Shown: one piece after another, positions 29,178-38,226 of the stretch
How the letters are laid out: each line of letters opens with the position of its first letter
How positions within the stretch are numbered: position 1 is the first letter of the stretch
Assembly (NCBI GenBank): GCA_001787005.1
Contig: MFUV01000004.1
Location: 105,770-169,769 of the forward strand
Length of the DNA: 64,000 bases
Source: Candidatus Nomurabacteria bacterium RIFCSPLOWO2_01_FULL_39_18
Lineage (GTDB): Bacteria; Patescibacteriota; Minisyncoccia; Phycocordibacterales; UBA9973
Direction: 5' to 3'
Position numbers and translations under genes: made by a program
Notes under the pieces: model-generated
Told to the model about the DNA's origin: nothing
Databases searched by the model: none
The model's input: only the letters and a program-made list of their open reading frames with translations

Positions 29178-29717
29178 TTAAAGTCCAAAGTGAACTTTTA
29201 ATTTTGTTTCATCTAAAACTTTACTTACTTCTAAAATCTCTATATGCTTACGAACTCCATAAAAATCCGCTACGAACAGAATCTCCCCTTCGCATGGATA
29301 TGGATAGATCCAAGCACTCTTTTGAAATTGGAAAAATCCTAAATCTTTTAATTTGAATCTGAAAGCATCACGAGCTTTCTTGAATCTTATAGGAAGATCA
29401 TACATAACTAGACGCCACTTACCATCCCATTTTTTAGAGTTCTTGATTACAACTTCATCAATTAAGATTTCTCGTAACTTATTTTCCCCCTTTGGAGTGA
29501 TTATATATTTTTCTTTACCCTCTACTCTCACATGTCTAACAAATCTATATCTCCTCAAGCCGTGAAAAATCTGTTGTGTTTTTCGATTATTGTTGATGAT
29601 CGGCGATAATTTTTCTCCCAAAGCAACAGCGCAAAGTAAGCTTTGCGCTAGATTCATACCCTCCCCACCAGAGCTAAAAAATTTCTTTAATTTTGCTAAA
29701 TGTTCTAGTTTAACCAT
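29178..29717 (-). CDS. PaaX-like protein (wing remnant + Cas2-like domain)
   Basis: YIITPKG, WDGKWRLVMYDLP, RDAFRFKLK.LGF..QKSAWIYP. Confidence 0.85.
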   Translation of the reverse strand: MVKLEHLAKLKKFFSSGGEGMNLAQSLLCAVALGEKLSPIINNNRKTQQIFHGLRRYRFVRHVRVEGKEKYIITPKGENKLREILIDEVVIKNSKKWDGKWRLVMYDLPIRFKKARDAFRFKLKDLGFFQFQKSAWIYPYPCEGEILFVADFYGVRKHIEILEVSKVLDETKLKVHFGL

Positions 29718-29718
29718 A

Positions 29719-29754
29719 TGTTGTGAATTTTAGCATATGCGAAATTTCACCACA
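29719..29754. repeat. Degenerate copy of the 29124 palindrome over the promoter of the PaaX-like gene
   Basis: TGTTGTGAATTTTAGCATATGCGAAATTTCACCACA; contains minus-strand TGcTAAAAT -10. Confidence 0.85.
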
Positions 29755-29980
29755 AGGGAGGGGTGGGTAAACAAGGGAATTAAAGAACAATGGAAGGAAA
29801 TTGAAGAATATCGAAGCAGGTAGAAATTTTATTTTACTTTTACAACATCCTCAATATTATCTAGTGAAAGATTATATTGACTAGAAATTCTTGCATCACC
29901 CATGTCAAAAATCATAAAAAATTTCCTATCGTATCTAAGTCCAACATGGCTTATCTTCTCGCATAAAATAAAATTAATTT

Positions 29981-31252
29981 TTAATACTCCCGCATGGAGA
30001 CTTGCGCGTCGACTTTTTTCAGGAGATCGAGGACGACTGAGACAACGATAAGAAGAGATGTACCACCTATGGCCAGAGAGGCGATGCCCGTGACATGTTG
30101 CATGATGATGGGCAGAACTGCGATAAAACCTAGGAACACTGCGCCTAGGAGGGTGATACGGCTTAAGACTTTCGAAATATAGTCCGAGGTCGATGCGCCT
30201 GGACGAATTCCGGGAATAAACGCGCCATTTTTTTGCAGATTCGTAGAAAGCGCCTCAGGATCGAAGGTGACGGCAGTATAAAAGTAAGTGAAAAGAAAAA
30301 CCAAAATAAAATACAGTATGGCATAAAGTATGGAAGTCTGGGAAAATGACATGAGAACGCTTGAAATTTTCGCAATTATTGTGTTGCCAAAACGAGACAA
30401 GAAAGTGCCAATCATCTGCGGGAAAAGAAGAATAGAGAGAGCAAAAATTATTGGAATAACTCCGGCTTGATTCACTCGAAGAGGCAGATAGGTGGATCCT
30501 CCTCCGTACATTTTCATCCCCCTGACACGCTTAGCATAGGTTACGGGGATCGGTCTCTCCGCCTCTGTCACAAGCACAATCCCTGCCACGATAAGTACTC
30601 CCGCTACAATAAACATCAAGAAGAGAGGGATTTGAGAAGGATCGAAAGTGAAAATGAGCTGGCTGACTTGTGAAGGCAGACTAGAGACAATACCAGCGAA
30701 GATTATGAGCGAAACTCCATTGCCAATGCCGAATTCAGATATAAGTTCACCAATCCACATCAAGAGCACTGCTCCCCCGATGACAATAAATAAATTTGTA
30801 ACTTTATCGAAAGTTGTTAAATTTACCAAAATGCTCTGACTTTCTAAAATAGCCAAAAGGCTGAACCCCTGGATAGCCGCTAGCGGAACAGTCAGCAATC
30901 TCCCGTATTGAGTAAATTTTTTCCTGCCAGCCTCGCCTTCTTCGTGATAAATTTTTTTCAGAGCTGGAACCATGATGGTCAGAAGCTGCATGATGATAGA
31001 GCCAGTGATGTACGGACCGACACCAAGCATTATTATAGAGAGATTGGAAAGCCCACCTCCTGAGAATATATTTAAGATGCCGAAAAATTGATTATTCGCC
31101 AGGAATCGATTAAGCGCTAATGTATCAATCCCAGGAATAGGAATAGCGGAGAGCAATCTAAATACGATAAAAGAAAAGAGCACGAACAAAACCTTCTTTC
31201 GAAGAGAAGTGTCTGTCCAGATCAGTTTAATTTTATTAAAAAAATTCTGCAT
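29981..31252 (-). CDS. secY: Preprotein translocase SecY
   Basis: LGVGPYIT, GIGNGVS, IPGIRPG, GGTSLLI. Confidence 0.97.
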   Translation of the reverse strand: MQNFFNKIKLIWTDTSLRKKVLFVLFSFIVFRLLSAIPIPGIDTLALNRFLANNQFFGILNIFSGGGLSNLSIIMLGVGPYITGSIIMQLLTIMVPALKKIYHEEGEAGRKKFTQYGRLLTVPLAAIQGFSLLAILESQSILVNLTTFDKVTNLFIVIGGAVLLMWIGELISEFGIGNGVSLIIFAGIVSSLPSQVSQLIFTFDPSQIPLFLMFIVAGVLIVAGIVLVTEAERPIPVTYAKRVRGMKMYGGGSTYLPLRVNQAGVIPIIFALSILLFPQMIGTFLSRFGNTIIAKISSVLMSFSQTSILYAILYFILVFLFTYFYTAVTFDPEALSTNLQKNGAFIPGIRPGASTSDYISKVLSRITLLGAVFLGFIAVLPIIMQHVTGIASLAIGGTSLLIVVSVVLDLLKKVDAQVSMREY

Positions 31253-31262
31253 TGCTTTCTTG

Positions 31263-31308
31263 GCAGATAGAGCTTTAGACTCTAGATAGAGTCTAAAGCT
31301 CTATCTGC
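31263..31308. repeat. Palindromic REP-like element (22-bp arms)
   Basis: GCAGATAGAGCTTTAGACTCTA-GA-TAGAGTCTAAAGCTCTATCTGC; relatives at 35747 and ~6103. Confidence 0.9.
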
Positions 31309-31309
31309 G

Positions 31310-31612
31310 TTACTTAATCTTAATCTTTTTACCTTGAAGATTGAGCCTTTTTCTTATTTCAGAAAACTTCTCTCCCTTGGAAGCCAGCTTTGCTTTCGGC
31401 AACAAAAATAACTTCTGGATGGACTTAAACTGATATCCCCGGTTCTTAGGCAACTTCTTAATAATATCACGAAGTTCCGGGCGGCGTTTATTGCCCGCGC
31501 GAGCTGTCTGCCCCTTGCCTCCGCGACCTGAAGTCTTGGCATGTTTGCCCCCACGGCCGACAATGCGATCTTTCTTATTCTTATGAGTTCTTTTTAAATT
31601 ATGTATTTGCAT
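31310..31612 (-). CDS. rplO: 50S ribosomal protein uL15 (short)
   Basis: VGRGG..KTSGRGGKGQTAR; position before secY. Confidence 0.9.
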   Translation of the reverse strand: MQIHNLKRTHKNKKDRIVGRGGKHAKTSGRGGKGQTARAGNKRRPELRDIIKKLPKNRGYQFKSIQKLFLLPKAKLASKGEKFSEIRKRLNLQGKKIKIK

Positions 31613-31625
31613 GGGATTTATTTAT

Positions 31626-32216
31626 TTAATCTGTCGGAATAATTGCGGCTAGAGCTTCTGGGATTATTACTGGAGGAACTTCTTTATTTTCTACGACAAT
31701 ATTTTCAGCCACTCCCTTTATATGCTTGATAGATATAGTGGAAAGCGCCGCCATCACCGCTTTGGCATTGTTTAATTTATTTTTACTATTAGACAGAATT
31801 TTTCCCGTAATGTCCTTCATGCCAGAAAGCTTCACTATATCGCGAACGACTGAACCTGCCACGAGTCCGCGACCCTTATTGGGCAATAGTTCGACATAGG
31901 AACTCGAGAATTTGGCAGAAAGTTCGTGGGGAATAGACATAGTCTTGGTTAAATTTAATTTAACCATGTTCTTCTTCGCATTTCGAACCGCCTTGTTAAT
32001 GGCAAGAGCGGTATCTCCAGCTTTTCCTAGACCCAGACCAACACATCCCTTCTTATCCCCTGCTATGAGCGCCACGCTAAAAGAAAACCTGCGTCCGCCA
32101 GCCACCACTCTGGTCACACGGCGAATATTTATTATTTTTTGATCAAATTCCGGCTTGGGTTTGCCAAAAGAAGAAGATCTTCGCCCGCTATTCTTTTTTT
32201 CGTTTCTTTTTTCCAT
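31626..32216 (-). CDS. rpsE: 30S ribosomal protein uS5
   Basis: RVTRVVAGGRRFSF. Confidence 0.96.
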   Translation of the reverse strand: MEKRNEKKNSGRRSSSFGKPKPEFDQKIINIRRVTRVVAGGRRFSFSVALIAGDKKGCVGLGLGKAGDTALAINKAVRNAKKNMVKLNLTKTMSIPHELSAKFSSSYVELLPNKGRGLVAGSVVRDIVKLSGMKDITGKILSNSKNKLNNAKAVMAALSTISIKHIKGVAENIVVENKEVPPVIIPEALAAIIPTD

Positions 32217-32222
32217 ATAAAA

Positions 32223-32564
32223 TTAAAATTGAAGTCCCAAAGCCCTGGCTTCATCCGCGACTGTTTTGATTCGTCCGGTATATTTAAATCCATTTCGATC
32301 GAAAACGACTTTTTTGATTTTCTTTTCAAGGCAAATTGTTCCGATCAGACGGCCAACCTCTTTGGCTCGCTCCGTCTTTGTTCCTTTTGTATTTTTAACA
32401 TCGCTGGCTGAAGCTATGGTCTTGCCTGAAAGGTCATTAATCACTTGCGCGTAGATAAATTTATTGGAACGGAAAACGGTCAGGCGCGGACGAACATCGG
32501 TGCCCTTTATTTTCACCCTAATTTTCTTCTTCAATCTTATTCTTTTGTTGTTTTTCTTAATCAT
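32223..32564 (-). CDS. rplR: 50S ribosomal protein uL18
   Basis: RPRLTVFRSN, VFDRNGFKY. Confidence 0.96.
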   Translation of the reverse strand: MIKKNNKRIRLKKKIRVKIKGTDVRPRLTVFRSNKFIYAQVINDLSGKTIASASDVKNTKGTKTERAKEVGRLIGTICLEKKIKKVVFDRNGFKYTGRIKTVADEARALGLQF

Positions 32565-32573
32565 TTTTTTTTA

Positions 32574-32633
32574 TTTTCTCCTCAAGGTCTTGCCTTGGAA
32601 TCCCTAAAGGCAAGACCTTTTCCCGAAAATTTA
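32574..32633. repeat. REP-like hairpin repeat copy 1
   Basis: AGGTCTTGCCTT..AAGGCAAGACCTTTTCCCGAAAA; second copy 41794-41855. Confidence 0.9.
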
Positions 32634-33182
32634 TACGGTCTTCTTGCCCTGCTTGCGCCTGATAACTTCGTTCTCGTAGCGCATACCTTTGCCCTTGTAA
32701 GGTTCTGGCTTCTTCAGGGCGCGCAATTGAGCTGTGAAGCTCCCCACTAATTCTTTATCGATGCCAAGGATAGTGATGTTATTCTTTTCCGCCGTGGCTA
32801 TGATCCCCTCTGGTATCTGCACAATAACAGGATGAGAAAATCCTAAGGCAAAATTAAATTCTTTGCCCCCGCCTGCGCGGGCAGGCTTGACTTCAGACTT
32901 GAATCCCACGCCTTCTAAGATTAATTTCTTTTGATATGGAGTTACCACCCCACCCATCATATTCTTAATGTGTGAAGCGTAAGTACCCCAAAGAGATTTG
33001 GAAAATTTGTCGTTTCTCTTCGCATTTAAGGTAACCATTTTGTCTGTAATATTGATTGTAATATCATCTCTGAAATCTTTCGTAATGGTGCCCTTTGGCC
33101 CCGCCACCGTTACCGTGGCGCCACTCTGACTCACTTTGACTCCTGCTGGTATTAATATTTCTTGTTTTCCAATTCTTGACAT
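32631..33182 (-). CDS. rplF: 50S ribosomal protein uL6 (with 6-aa palindrome insertion)
   Basis: MSRIGK, PEPYKGKG. Confidence 0.96.
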   Translation of the reverse strand: MSRIGKQEILIPAGVKVSQSGATVTVAGPKGTITKDFRDDITINITDKMVTLNAKRNDKFSKSLWGTYASHIKNMMGGVVTPYQKKLILEGVGFKSEVKPARAGGGKEFNFALGFSHPVIVQIPEGIIATAEKNNITILGIDKELVGSFTAQLRALKKPEPYKGKGMRYENEVIRRKQGKKTV

Positions 33183-33202
33183 AAAATTTATTTTACAACT
33201 AT

Positions 33203-33589
33203 TTACCAAATTCTAAACAACGCTTCGCCTCCGACTTGCTCCTGCCTGGCAACCTTACCTGATAAAATTCCCTTCGGTGTTGAAAGTATGAGCAACCCAG
33301 CGCCGTTTCTAACTTTATGAATATCTTTAATCCTGAAATAAACACGACGAGACTGTTTGGAGACTCTTTCCGCTTCTGTGATTTTGGGTTTTTTGTTTAG
33401 ATAAGCAAGCTCTACTTCGAGCACTGGCTGATCCTTCTTGATTTTCTTCGAAACAGAATTTATGAAACCTTCTTTTTTCAAACATTCTAAAATCGCGTAT
33501 TTCATCTTGGAATATGGCAAGACCACAGACTCCTTGCCAGCGAGCGATCCATTCTTCATTATAATTATCATGTTTGAAATTGAATCCAT
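33203..33589 (-). CDS. rpsH: 30S ribosomal protein uS8
   Basis: MDSISNM, STPKG, GGE. Confidence 0.94.
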   Translation of the reverse strand: MDSISNMIIIMKNGSLAGKESVVLPYSKMKYAILECLKKEGFINSVSKKIKKDQPVLEVELAYLNKKPKITEAERVSKQSRRVYFRIKDIHKVRNGAGLLILSTPKGILSGKVARQEQVGGEALFRIW

Positions 33590-33633
33590 GGCTAAAAGTT
33601 GAAAGTTTGTAAAGTTATAAAGTTCATAAAGAA

Positions 33634-33819
33634 TTACCAAGAAGATTTTCTTACTCCTGGCAACATTCCCTCATTTGCTAATTCCCTGAAACAAATACGG
33701 CAAATGCCAAAATCTCTCATAAAGGCATTGCCTCGGCCACAGCGAAAACATCGATTTTTAGCCCGAGTGCTAAATTTCGGCAACTTTCTCGCTCTAGCTT
33801 TTACTGATGTTTTTGCCAT
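33634..33819 (-). CDS. rpsN: 30S ribosomal protein uS14 (Zn-binding type Z)
   Basis: RCFRCGR..CRICFRE. Confidence 0.95.
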   Translation of the reverse strand: MAKTSVKARARKLPKFSTRAKNRCFRCGRGNAFMRDFGICRICFRELANEGMLPGVRKSSW

Positions 33820-33831
33820 AGATAATTAAAT

Positions 33832-33936
33832 GGGAGCGCCCTGTTAATATCTCACTTTTTTTCTTTAACCCTTTATCAAATAAGACTATAAGAAAGGCTT
33901 AAAGGAGAAAAGCAGATTAATCAGAGACCTATTCCC
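33832..33936 (-). promoter_or_regulatory. Structured 5' leader of rpsN-rpsH, possible uS8-binding mimic
   Basis: Long imperfect hairpin with UUAAUCU/AGAUAUUAA motif. Confidence 0.45.
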
Positions 33937-33975
33937 TTACTGCCATATTATCAAATAAAAACAAAAGAGTCAATT

Positions 33976-34539
33976 TTATTTGACCTTCCCCTCTTCCTTC
34001 TTAAAAGGAACGCCCAAGAGTTCGAAGAAAGCTGTGCCTTCTTTTTTATTTTTCGCGGTTGAGACGAGGGTTACAGACATACCGAAAATATCTTTGATGT
34101 CTTCGTCCGCTGTTTCTGGAAAGATTGTGTGTTCTTTTATGCCGATAGTGAGATTGCCCACATTATCCACAGCCCCGCGAGAAATTCCCCTGAAGTCCTT
34201 CGTGCGAGGCAAGGCAACGTTTATCAACTTTTCCAAGAAAGCATACATCCTTTTCCCCCGCATGGTAACTACAACCCCGATAGGGTCACCCTGGCGAACC
34301 TTGAAGGATGAGATTGATTGTTTCGCGCCTCGGAGCGCTGACTTTTGTCCAGTAATCTTTGCTAGGCGATCCCCTATCGCTTCATTTTTGTTTTTATCTT
34401 TCTTGATAGCAGTGCCCGTACCCACGTTCATCACGATCTTCTGCATCTTGGGCGCAGCCAGGGCATTTTTATAATGAAAGATAACTCTCATTTTCTCAAA
34501 TGCTCCGCTTTCTTTTTCTTTTACGGTTGAATGTTTCAT
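33976..34539 (-). CDS. rplE: 50S ribosomal protein uL5
   Basis: ITGQK, LPRTKDFRG, IFPE. Confidence 0.95.
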   Translation of the reverse strand: MKHSTVKEKESGAFEKMRVIFHYKNALAAPKMQKIVMNVGTGTAIKKDKNKNEAIGDRLAKITGQKSALRGAKQSISSFKVRQGDPIGVVVTMRGKRMYAFLEKLINVALPRTKDFRGISRGAVDNVGNLTIGIKEHTIFPETADEDIKDIFGMSVTLVSTAKNKKEGTAFFELLGVPFKKEEGKVK

Positions 34540-34550
34540 GGAAATTTTAT

Positions 34551-34769
34551 TTATTTTTCTTTTCTGACATTAGAAGCATGTATCGGCATCGCGATATTTA
34601 TCATTGAACCTTTTTCTCCGGATTTTCTTGGGCGCTGGTGCTTCTTCATCATATTCAATCCTTCCACTATCACTTTATTCTGTAGAGTTAAAATACGGAC
34701 AATTTTGCCCCCTTTGCCTTTGTCCTTGCCTGTTATTATTATTACATTATCTCCTTTCTTGATTTTCAT
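34551..34769 (-). CDS. rplX: 50S ribosomal protein uL24 (short)
   Basis: IKKGDNV..GKDKGK, IHASNV. Confidence 0.94.
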   Translation of the reverse strand: MKIKKGDNVIIITGKDKGKGGKIVRILTLQNKVIVEGLNMMKKHQRPRKSGEKGSMINIAMPIHASNVRKEK

Positions 34770-34788
34770 AATTTATATTTGCAATTAA

Positions 34789-35160
34789 CTAAATCACCTC
34801 CTGCGCCAAAGAAATTATTTTCTGAAATCCTTTTTCAGCGAGCTCTCTCGGAATAGGTCCGAACACGCGCCCAGCCTTTGGATCTTGTTTGCCTTTTTCT
34901 AAAATAACCACGGCATTGTCATCAAAACGAATATAAGACCCATCGCGCCTACGGTACGCGCTACGAGTACGCACTACCACAGCCTGATGCACATCCTTTT
35001 TCTTAACAGCCTTTCGTGGACTTGCGACTTTGACAGAAATGATCACGATCTCGCCCAGGGTCGCATATCTCTTTTTTGAAGAGCCCAATATTTTAAATAC
35101 CTTTCCTACGGTACCTCCGGCATTGTCTGTTATTTTTACTAATGTTTCATTTTGAATCAT
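34789..35160 (-). CDS. rplN: 50S ribosomal protein uL14
   Basis: MIQ..DNAG, IRFDDNA, RVFGP. Confidence 0.96.
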   Translation of the reverse strand: MIQNETLVKITDNAGGTVGKVFKILGSSKKRYATLGEIVIISVKVASPRKAVKKKDVHQAVVVRTRSAYRRRDGSYIRFDDNAVVILEKGKQDPKAGRVFGPIPRELAEKGFQKIISLAQEVI

Positions 35161-35165
35161 AAAAT

Positions 35166-35438
35166 TTAGATCACAGTAAATCTTTTATCTTTCGAAATTG
35201 GTCGCGTTTCTATTATTTCTACGGTATCTCCTATTTTATATTTGTTTTCTTCGTCGTGCGCTTTGTATTTTTTGCTGACTTTATAGAATTTTCCATATAG
35301 GGGGTGCTTTATAAATCTGGAAACAGAAACAACGATAGTTTTATCCATCTTGTCACCCACAACTACGCCCTTCAGGGTGCTATTCTTTTTTATTTTTCCT
35401 GTCTGCGCAGGCAGATCTTTTTTATTTTCTGTTTTCAT
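35166..35438 (-). CDS. rpsQ: 30S ribosomal protein uS17
   Basis: [21 protein letters not shown]. Confidence 0.95.
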   Translation of the reverse strand: MKTENKKDLPAQTGKIKKNSTLKGVVVGDKMDKTIVVSVSRFIKHPLYGKFYKVSKKYKAHDEENKYKIGDTVEIIETRPISKDKRFTVI

Positions 35439-35540
35439 CCCAGTACTAAAATTTTATTTATAATCATTATTGTTAATCTATATTATTATCCCCTTTTTGT
35501 CTATTTTCTTAATTTTAATTAATCAAAAATTTAGTACGGG
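35439..35540. mobile_element. MITE-like element abutting rpsQ start codon
   Basis: Imperfect TIR CCCAGTACTAAA/TTTAGTACGGG around AT-rich interior. Confidence 0.6.
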
Positions 35541-35548
35541 ACAAGTAT

Positions 35549-35737
35549 TTATTTATTATTGAGTGCTGTCAGAATTCTGGCTATTTGCTTTCGCAGGGTC
35601 GATTCTTCTTTTGTATTCTTTGACTTCGATCCTTCGGCTTTAAACCTGATAACCCTTATTTTCTCTCTAAAAGTTACAAGTTCTTTTTTTAACTCTTCTT
35701 CTTTCATTCCTTTTAAATTCTCTTTATTTTTTTTCAT
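35549..35737 (-). CDS. rpmC: 50S ribosomal protein uL29
   Basis: RKQIARILT; synteny. Confidence 0.9.
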   Translation of the reverse strand: MKKNKENLKGMKEEELKKELVTFREKIRVIRFKAEGSKSKNTKEESTLRKQIARILTALNNK

Positions 35738-35746
35738 GATTTTTTA

Positions 35747-35790
35747 CAGATAGAGTTTTAGACTCTAGATAGAGGCTAAACCTCTATCTG
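35747..35790. repeat. REP-like palindrome (31263 family)
   Basis: CAGATAGAGTTTTAGACTCTAGATAGAGGCTAAACCTCTATCTG. Confidence 0.85.
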
Positions 35791-36219
35791 CTACTGCTTA
35801 TGTTCTCTGGAAATTATCCTGGCTTTGATCGGCAGTTTGGTGCCAGCTTTTCGGAGTGCTTCACGGGCGACCGGCTCTGGAGCCCCATCTACTTCGAAAA
35901 TAATGCGCCCGGGTAAAACATCGAAGCAATAGCCTTGCGGATCTCCCTTCCCCTTTCCCATGCCCACCTCTGCCGCCTTGGCAGTGAAGGGACGGTCTGG
36001 AAAAATACGAATCCAGTATTTGCCACTCTTGGTAAGAGTGCGGGATATTACTTTGCGAGCAGCTTCAAGCTGAGTAGACTTAACACGCGCTTGAGTTTCA
36101 GATTTAAGACCGAAAGAACCAAAGGAAAGCTTACTTCCCCTGGTGTCTGGCGTCATTGCCTTCGGATTGCTACGCATGGTCTGCCATTTTCTAAATTTTA
36201 CTTTTTTCGGTAACAACAT
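35791..36219 (-). CDS. rplP: 50S ribosomal protein uL16
   Basis: MLLPKKVKFRK, WIRIFPD, MGKGKG. Confidence 0.96.
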   Translation of the reverse strand: MLLPKKVKFRKWQTMRSNPKAMTPDTRGSKLSFGSFGLKSETQARVKSTQLEAARKVISRTLTKSGKYWIRIFPDRPFTAKAAEVGMGKGKGDPQGYCFDVLPGRIIFEVDGAPEPVAREALRKAGTKLPIKARIISREHKQ

Positions 36220-36223
36220 ATAT

Positions 36224-36943
36224 TTAATCGATCTTATCATTTCCCGATGCTTGCAGTCGGAATCCCGACTCCTCTGGACTTCGGGACTTGTCAGTAAAAA
36301 TCTTGCCGCGATAAATCCAAACCTTTATGCCGACAACGCCGTAGGGCAAAGTCGCACGTTCACGCTTGAAATCCACATCAGCTCGAAAGCTCTGAAGTGG
36401 TACAGAACCTCTTTTGAGCTCTTCAGTACGAGCAATATCCGCTCCACCCAGTCTGCCGCCTAAGACTATTCTTGCTCCCTCAACTCCGCGAGCCGACATT
36501 ACTTTCTCAATAATTGTTTTGATGACTCGGCGATAAGGCATTCTTTTCTCAAGTCCTTCGGCGATCATGTATGCTACTATAGCGGCATCGGCTTCTGGAT
36601 TCGTTACTTCAACAATCTCGAGTTTAAAATCTTCTGGCTTGGGGAGTTTCAGTTTCCCCATTTTATTTAAAATATCTTCCTTCAGTTTGGCTGCTCCGGC
36701 GCCCTCACGTCCTATAATAAGTCCGGGACGAGAAGTTTTAATAATGAACCTGGTAGCCTTCCTACTCCTTTCAATTTCAATAGTAGATATATACATCCCG
36801 CGCAATTTCTTTTCTAAATACTGACGTATCAAGACATCGCCCTTTAAATAAGAGACATATTTTTTCGGATCAGCAAACCAGCGAGATTTCCAATCTCTTA
36901 ATATAATCAATCTATGCGCGTATGGATGAACTATTTTACTCAT
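36224..36943 (-). CDS. rpsC: 30S ribosomal protein uS3
   Basis: KIVHP, GRLGGADIAR, GIKVWI. Confidence 0.96.
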   Translation of the reverse strand: MSKIVHPYAHRLIILRDWKSRWFADPKKYVSYLKGDVLIRQYLEKKLRGMYISTIEIERSRKATRFIIKTSRPGLIIGREGAGAAKLKEDILNKMGKLKLPKPEDFKLEIVEVTNPEADAAIVAYMIAEGLEKRMPYRRVIKTIIEKVMSARGVEGARIVLGGRLGGADIARTEELKRGSVPLQSFRADVDFKRERATLPYGVVGIKVWIYRGKIFTDKSRSPEESGFRLQASGNDKID

Positions 36944-36944
36944 G

Positions 36945-37340
36945 TTATTTTGAATCAAGGGGAACCCTTGGGGAAACTCTTTTAAGGGTTCCCCTTTTAC
37001 TATCTTTAACTGCTACTACTTTTTCTCCCAATAATAAATTTACATTGCTGGTTCGTTTGTTTATTCGGTGCCCGGTGCCCATGGCCCTAGGCATCATCCT
37101 CTTCATAGTAACTCCTTTATCTACTCGTAATTCCTTTATAAATAAATTATCTCTTTCGATCCCCTTTTGTCTTGCATTAGCCACCGCTCCCAGCAAAAGC
37201 TTTTTTATGGGTAACCCGGCGCGCTTAGCTAGAAAATCAAGCTCAGCAATAGCTTCCGCTACTTTTTTACCCCTTATCAGCCTCGCAACCAAACGAACTT
37301 TCCTCGGAGACTGTCTATAATTTTTTAAAAATGCTTTCAT
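36945..37340 (-). CDS. rplV: 50S ribosomal protein uL22 (palindrome-derived C-terminal tail)
   Basis: SPRKVRLV, PRAMG, INKRTS. Confidence 0.95.
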   Translation of the reverse strand: MKAFLKNYRQSPRKVRLVARLIRGKKVAEAIAELDFLAKRAGLPIKKLLLGAVANARQKGIERDNLFIKELRVDKGVTMKRMMPRAMGTGHRINKRTSNVNLLLGEKVVAVKDSKRGTLKRVSPRVPLDSK

Positions 37341-37352
37341 CTTATTTTTATT

Positions 37353-37706
37353 TTATTTTTTTGCGCCCTTCGCATCCGCTGCGGCAGCTGTCGCGCCCTT
37401 GGCGGCTGTTATCTCCGCTTCTTTCTTCTTCTGTTCAAGTTCTTTCTGCATCTTTCCCCCATGTTTCATAAATTTCTTAGTTCCTGAAAATTCCCCCAGC
37501 CTGTGCCCCACCATGTCTTCGGTCACCAAGACATCAATGTGCGTCTTGCCATTGTGGACACCGAAAGTGAAGCCGAGCATCTCGGGAGAGATGGCGGAAG
37601 CCCTTTTCCAGGTTTTGATAGCTCCTGTTGAAAGCGGATTTTTGCCGGCAATCTTTTTCAAGAGCCCTTCATCCACGTATATACCTTTTTTGATTGACCG
37701 AGTCAT
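37353..37706 (-). CDS. rpsS: 30S ribosomal protein uS19
   Basis: RSIKKG, VHNGK, MVGHRLGEF. Confidence 0.96.
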   Translation of the reverse strand: MTRSIKKGIYVDEGLLKKIAGKNPLSTGAIKTWKRASAISPEMLGFTFGVHNGKTHIDVLVTEDMVGHRLGEFSGTKKFMKHGGKMQKELEQKKKEAEITAAKGATAAAADAKGAKK

Positions 37707-37922
37707 GATTGATTTTTAACGAAACGAGCATTAAAAAAGCTCCTGACGAGCTTGGTTTTATATTAGCAAATAAGAGTAAAAAGTCAATTGTCGGGTAAAA
37801 ATAGTGATGGGGGACAAATCGGTCTCGAGTGCCGATCGTCCCCCTTAGATACCTCCTTTCTGTCAGCGTTAGCTGACCCTACATTCGCCGCCACCATGGA
37901 TGACGGTATTTCCTCCGCGCCC

Positions 37923-38024
37923 TCACTTTTTCTTCCCCATACGCTTTTTGGCGCGTAATGCTTTTTCGTTTTCAGCTTTACGCCGAAGCTCAGCCCGCTC
38001 AGCGGGCGTGTAGTGGTGTCCCAA
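37923..38024 (-). CDS. Small basic protein, cassette C (33 aa, MGHHYTPAERAELRRKAENEKALRAKKRMGKKK)
   Basis: TTG start 7 nt after GAAAGGAG; TTGCTT-17-TAAGGT promoter. Confidence 0.5.
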   Translation of the reverse strand: MGHHYTPAERAELRRKAENEKALRAKKRMGKKK

Positions 38025-38048
38025 GGTGCATCTCCTTTCATCTACAAC

Positions 38049-38087
38049 CTTAAAAGAAATATATATATAAAGCAAGATCTGGGTGTG
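38049..38087. repeat. 39-bp direct repeat (cassette promoter border); second copy 38614-38652
   Basis: CTTAAAAGAAATATATATATAAAGCAAG(A/T)TCTGGGTGTG. Confidence 0.92.
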
Positions 38088-38226
38088 AATAAAAATACAC
38101 AGGCGTTGCCTGTGTATTGGTTATTTGTGAGAAAAAATACGAGGGGCTCCGGAGGTAGCAGTGTCCGGAGCCCGATGATAACTTTTTTTTGCCCCGACCT
38201 TCCTTCGGTCGGGGCTGGACGAGAGG

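Noticed and set aside
29830-29965. ~45-codon open frame after secY (CEKISHVG..VKVK*)
   Set aside because: No start codon or recognisable motif; at best a gene remnant
37849-37862. Fourth GAAAGGAGGT motif as start of another micro-ORF
   Set aside because: No start codon at suitable spacing; it leads into the terminal hairpin
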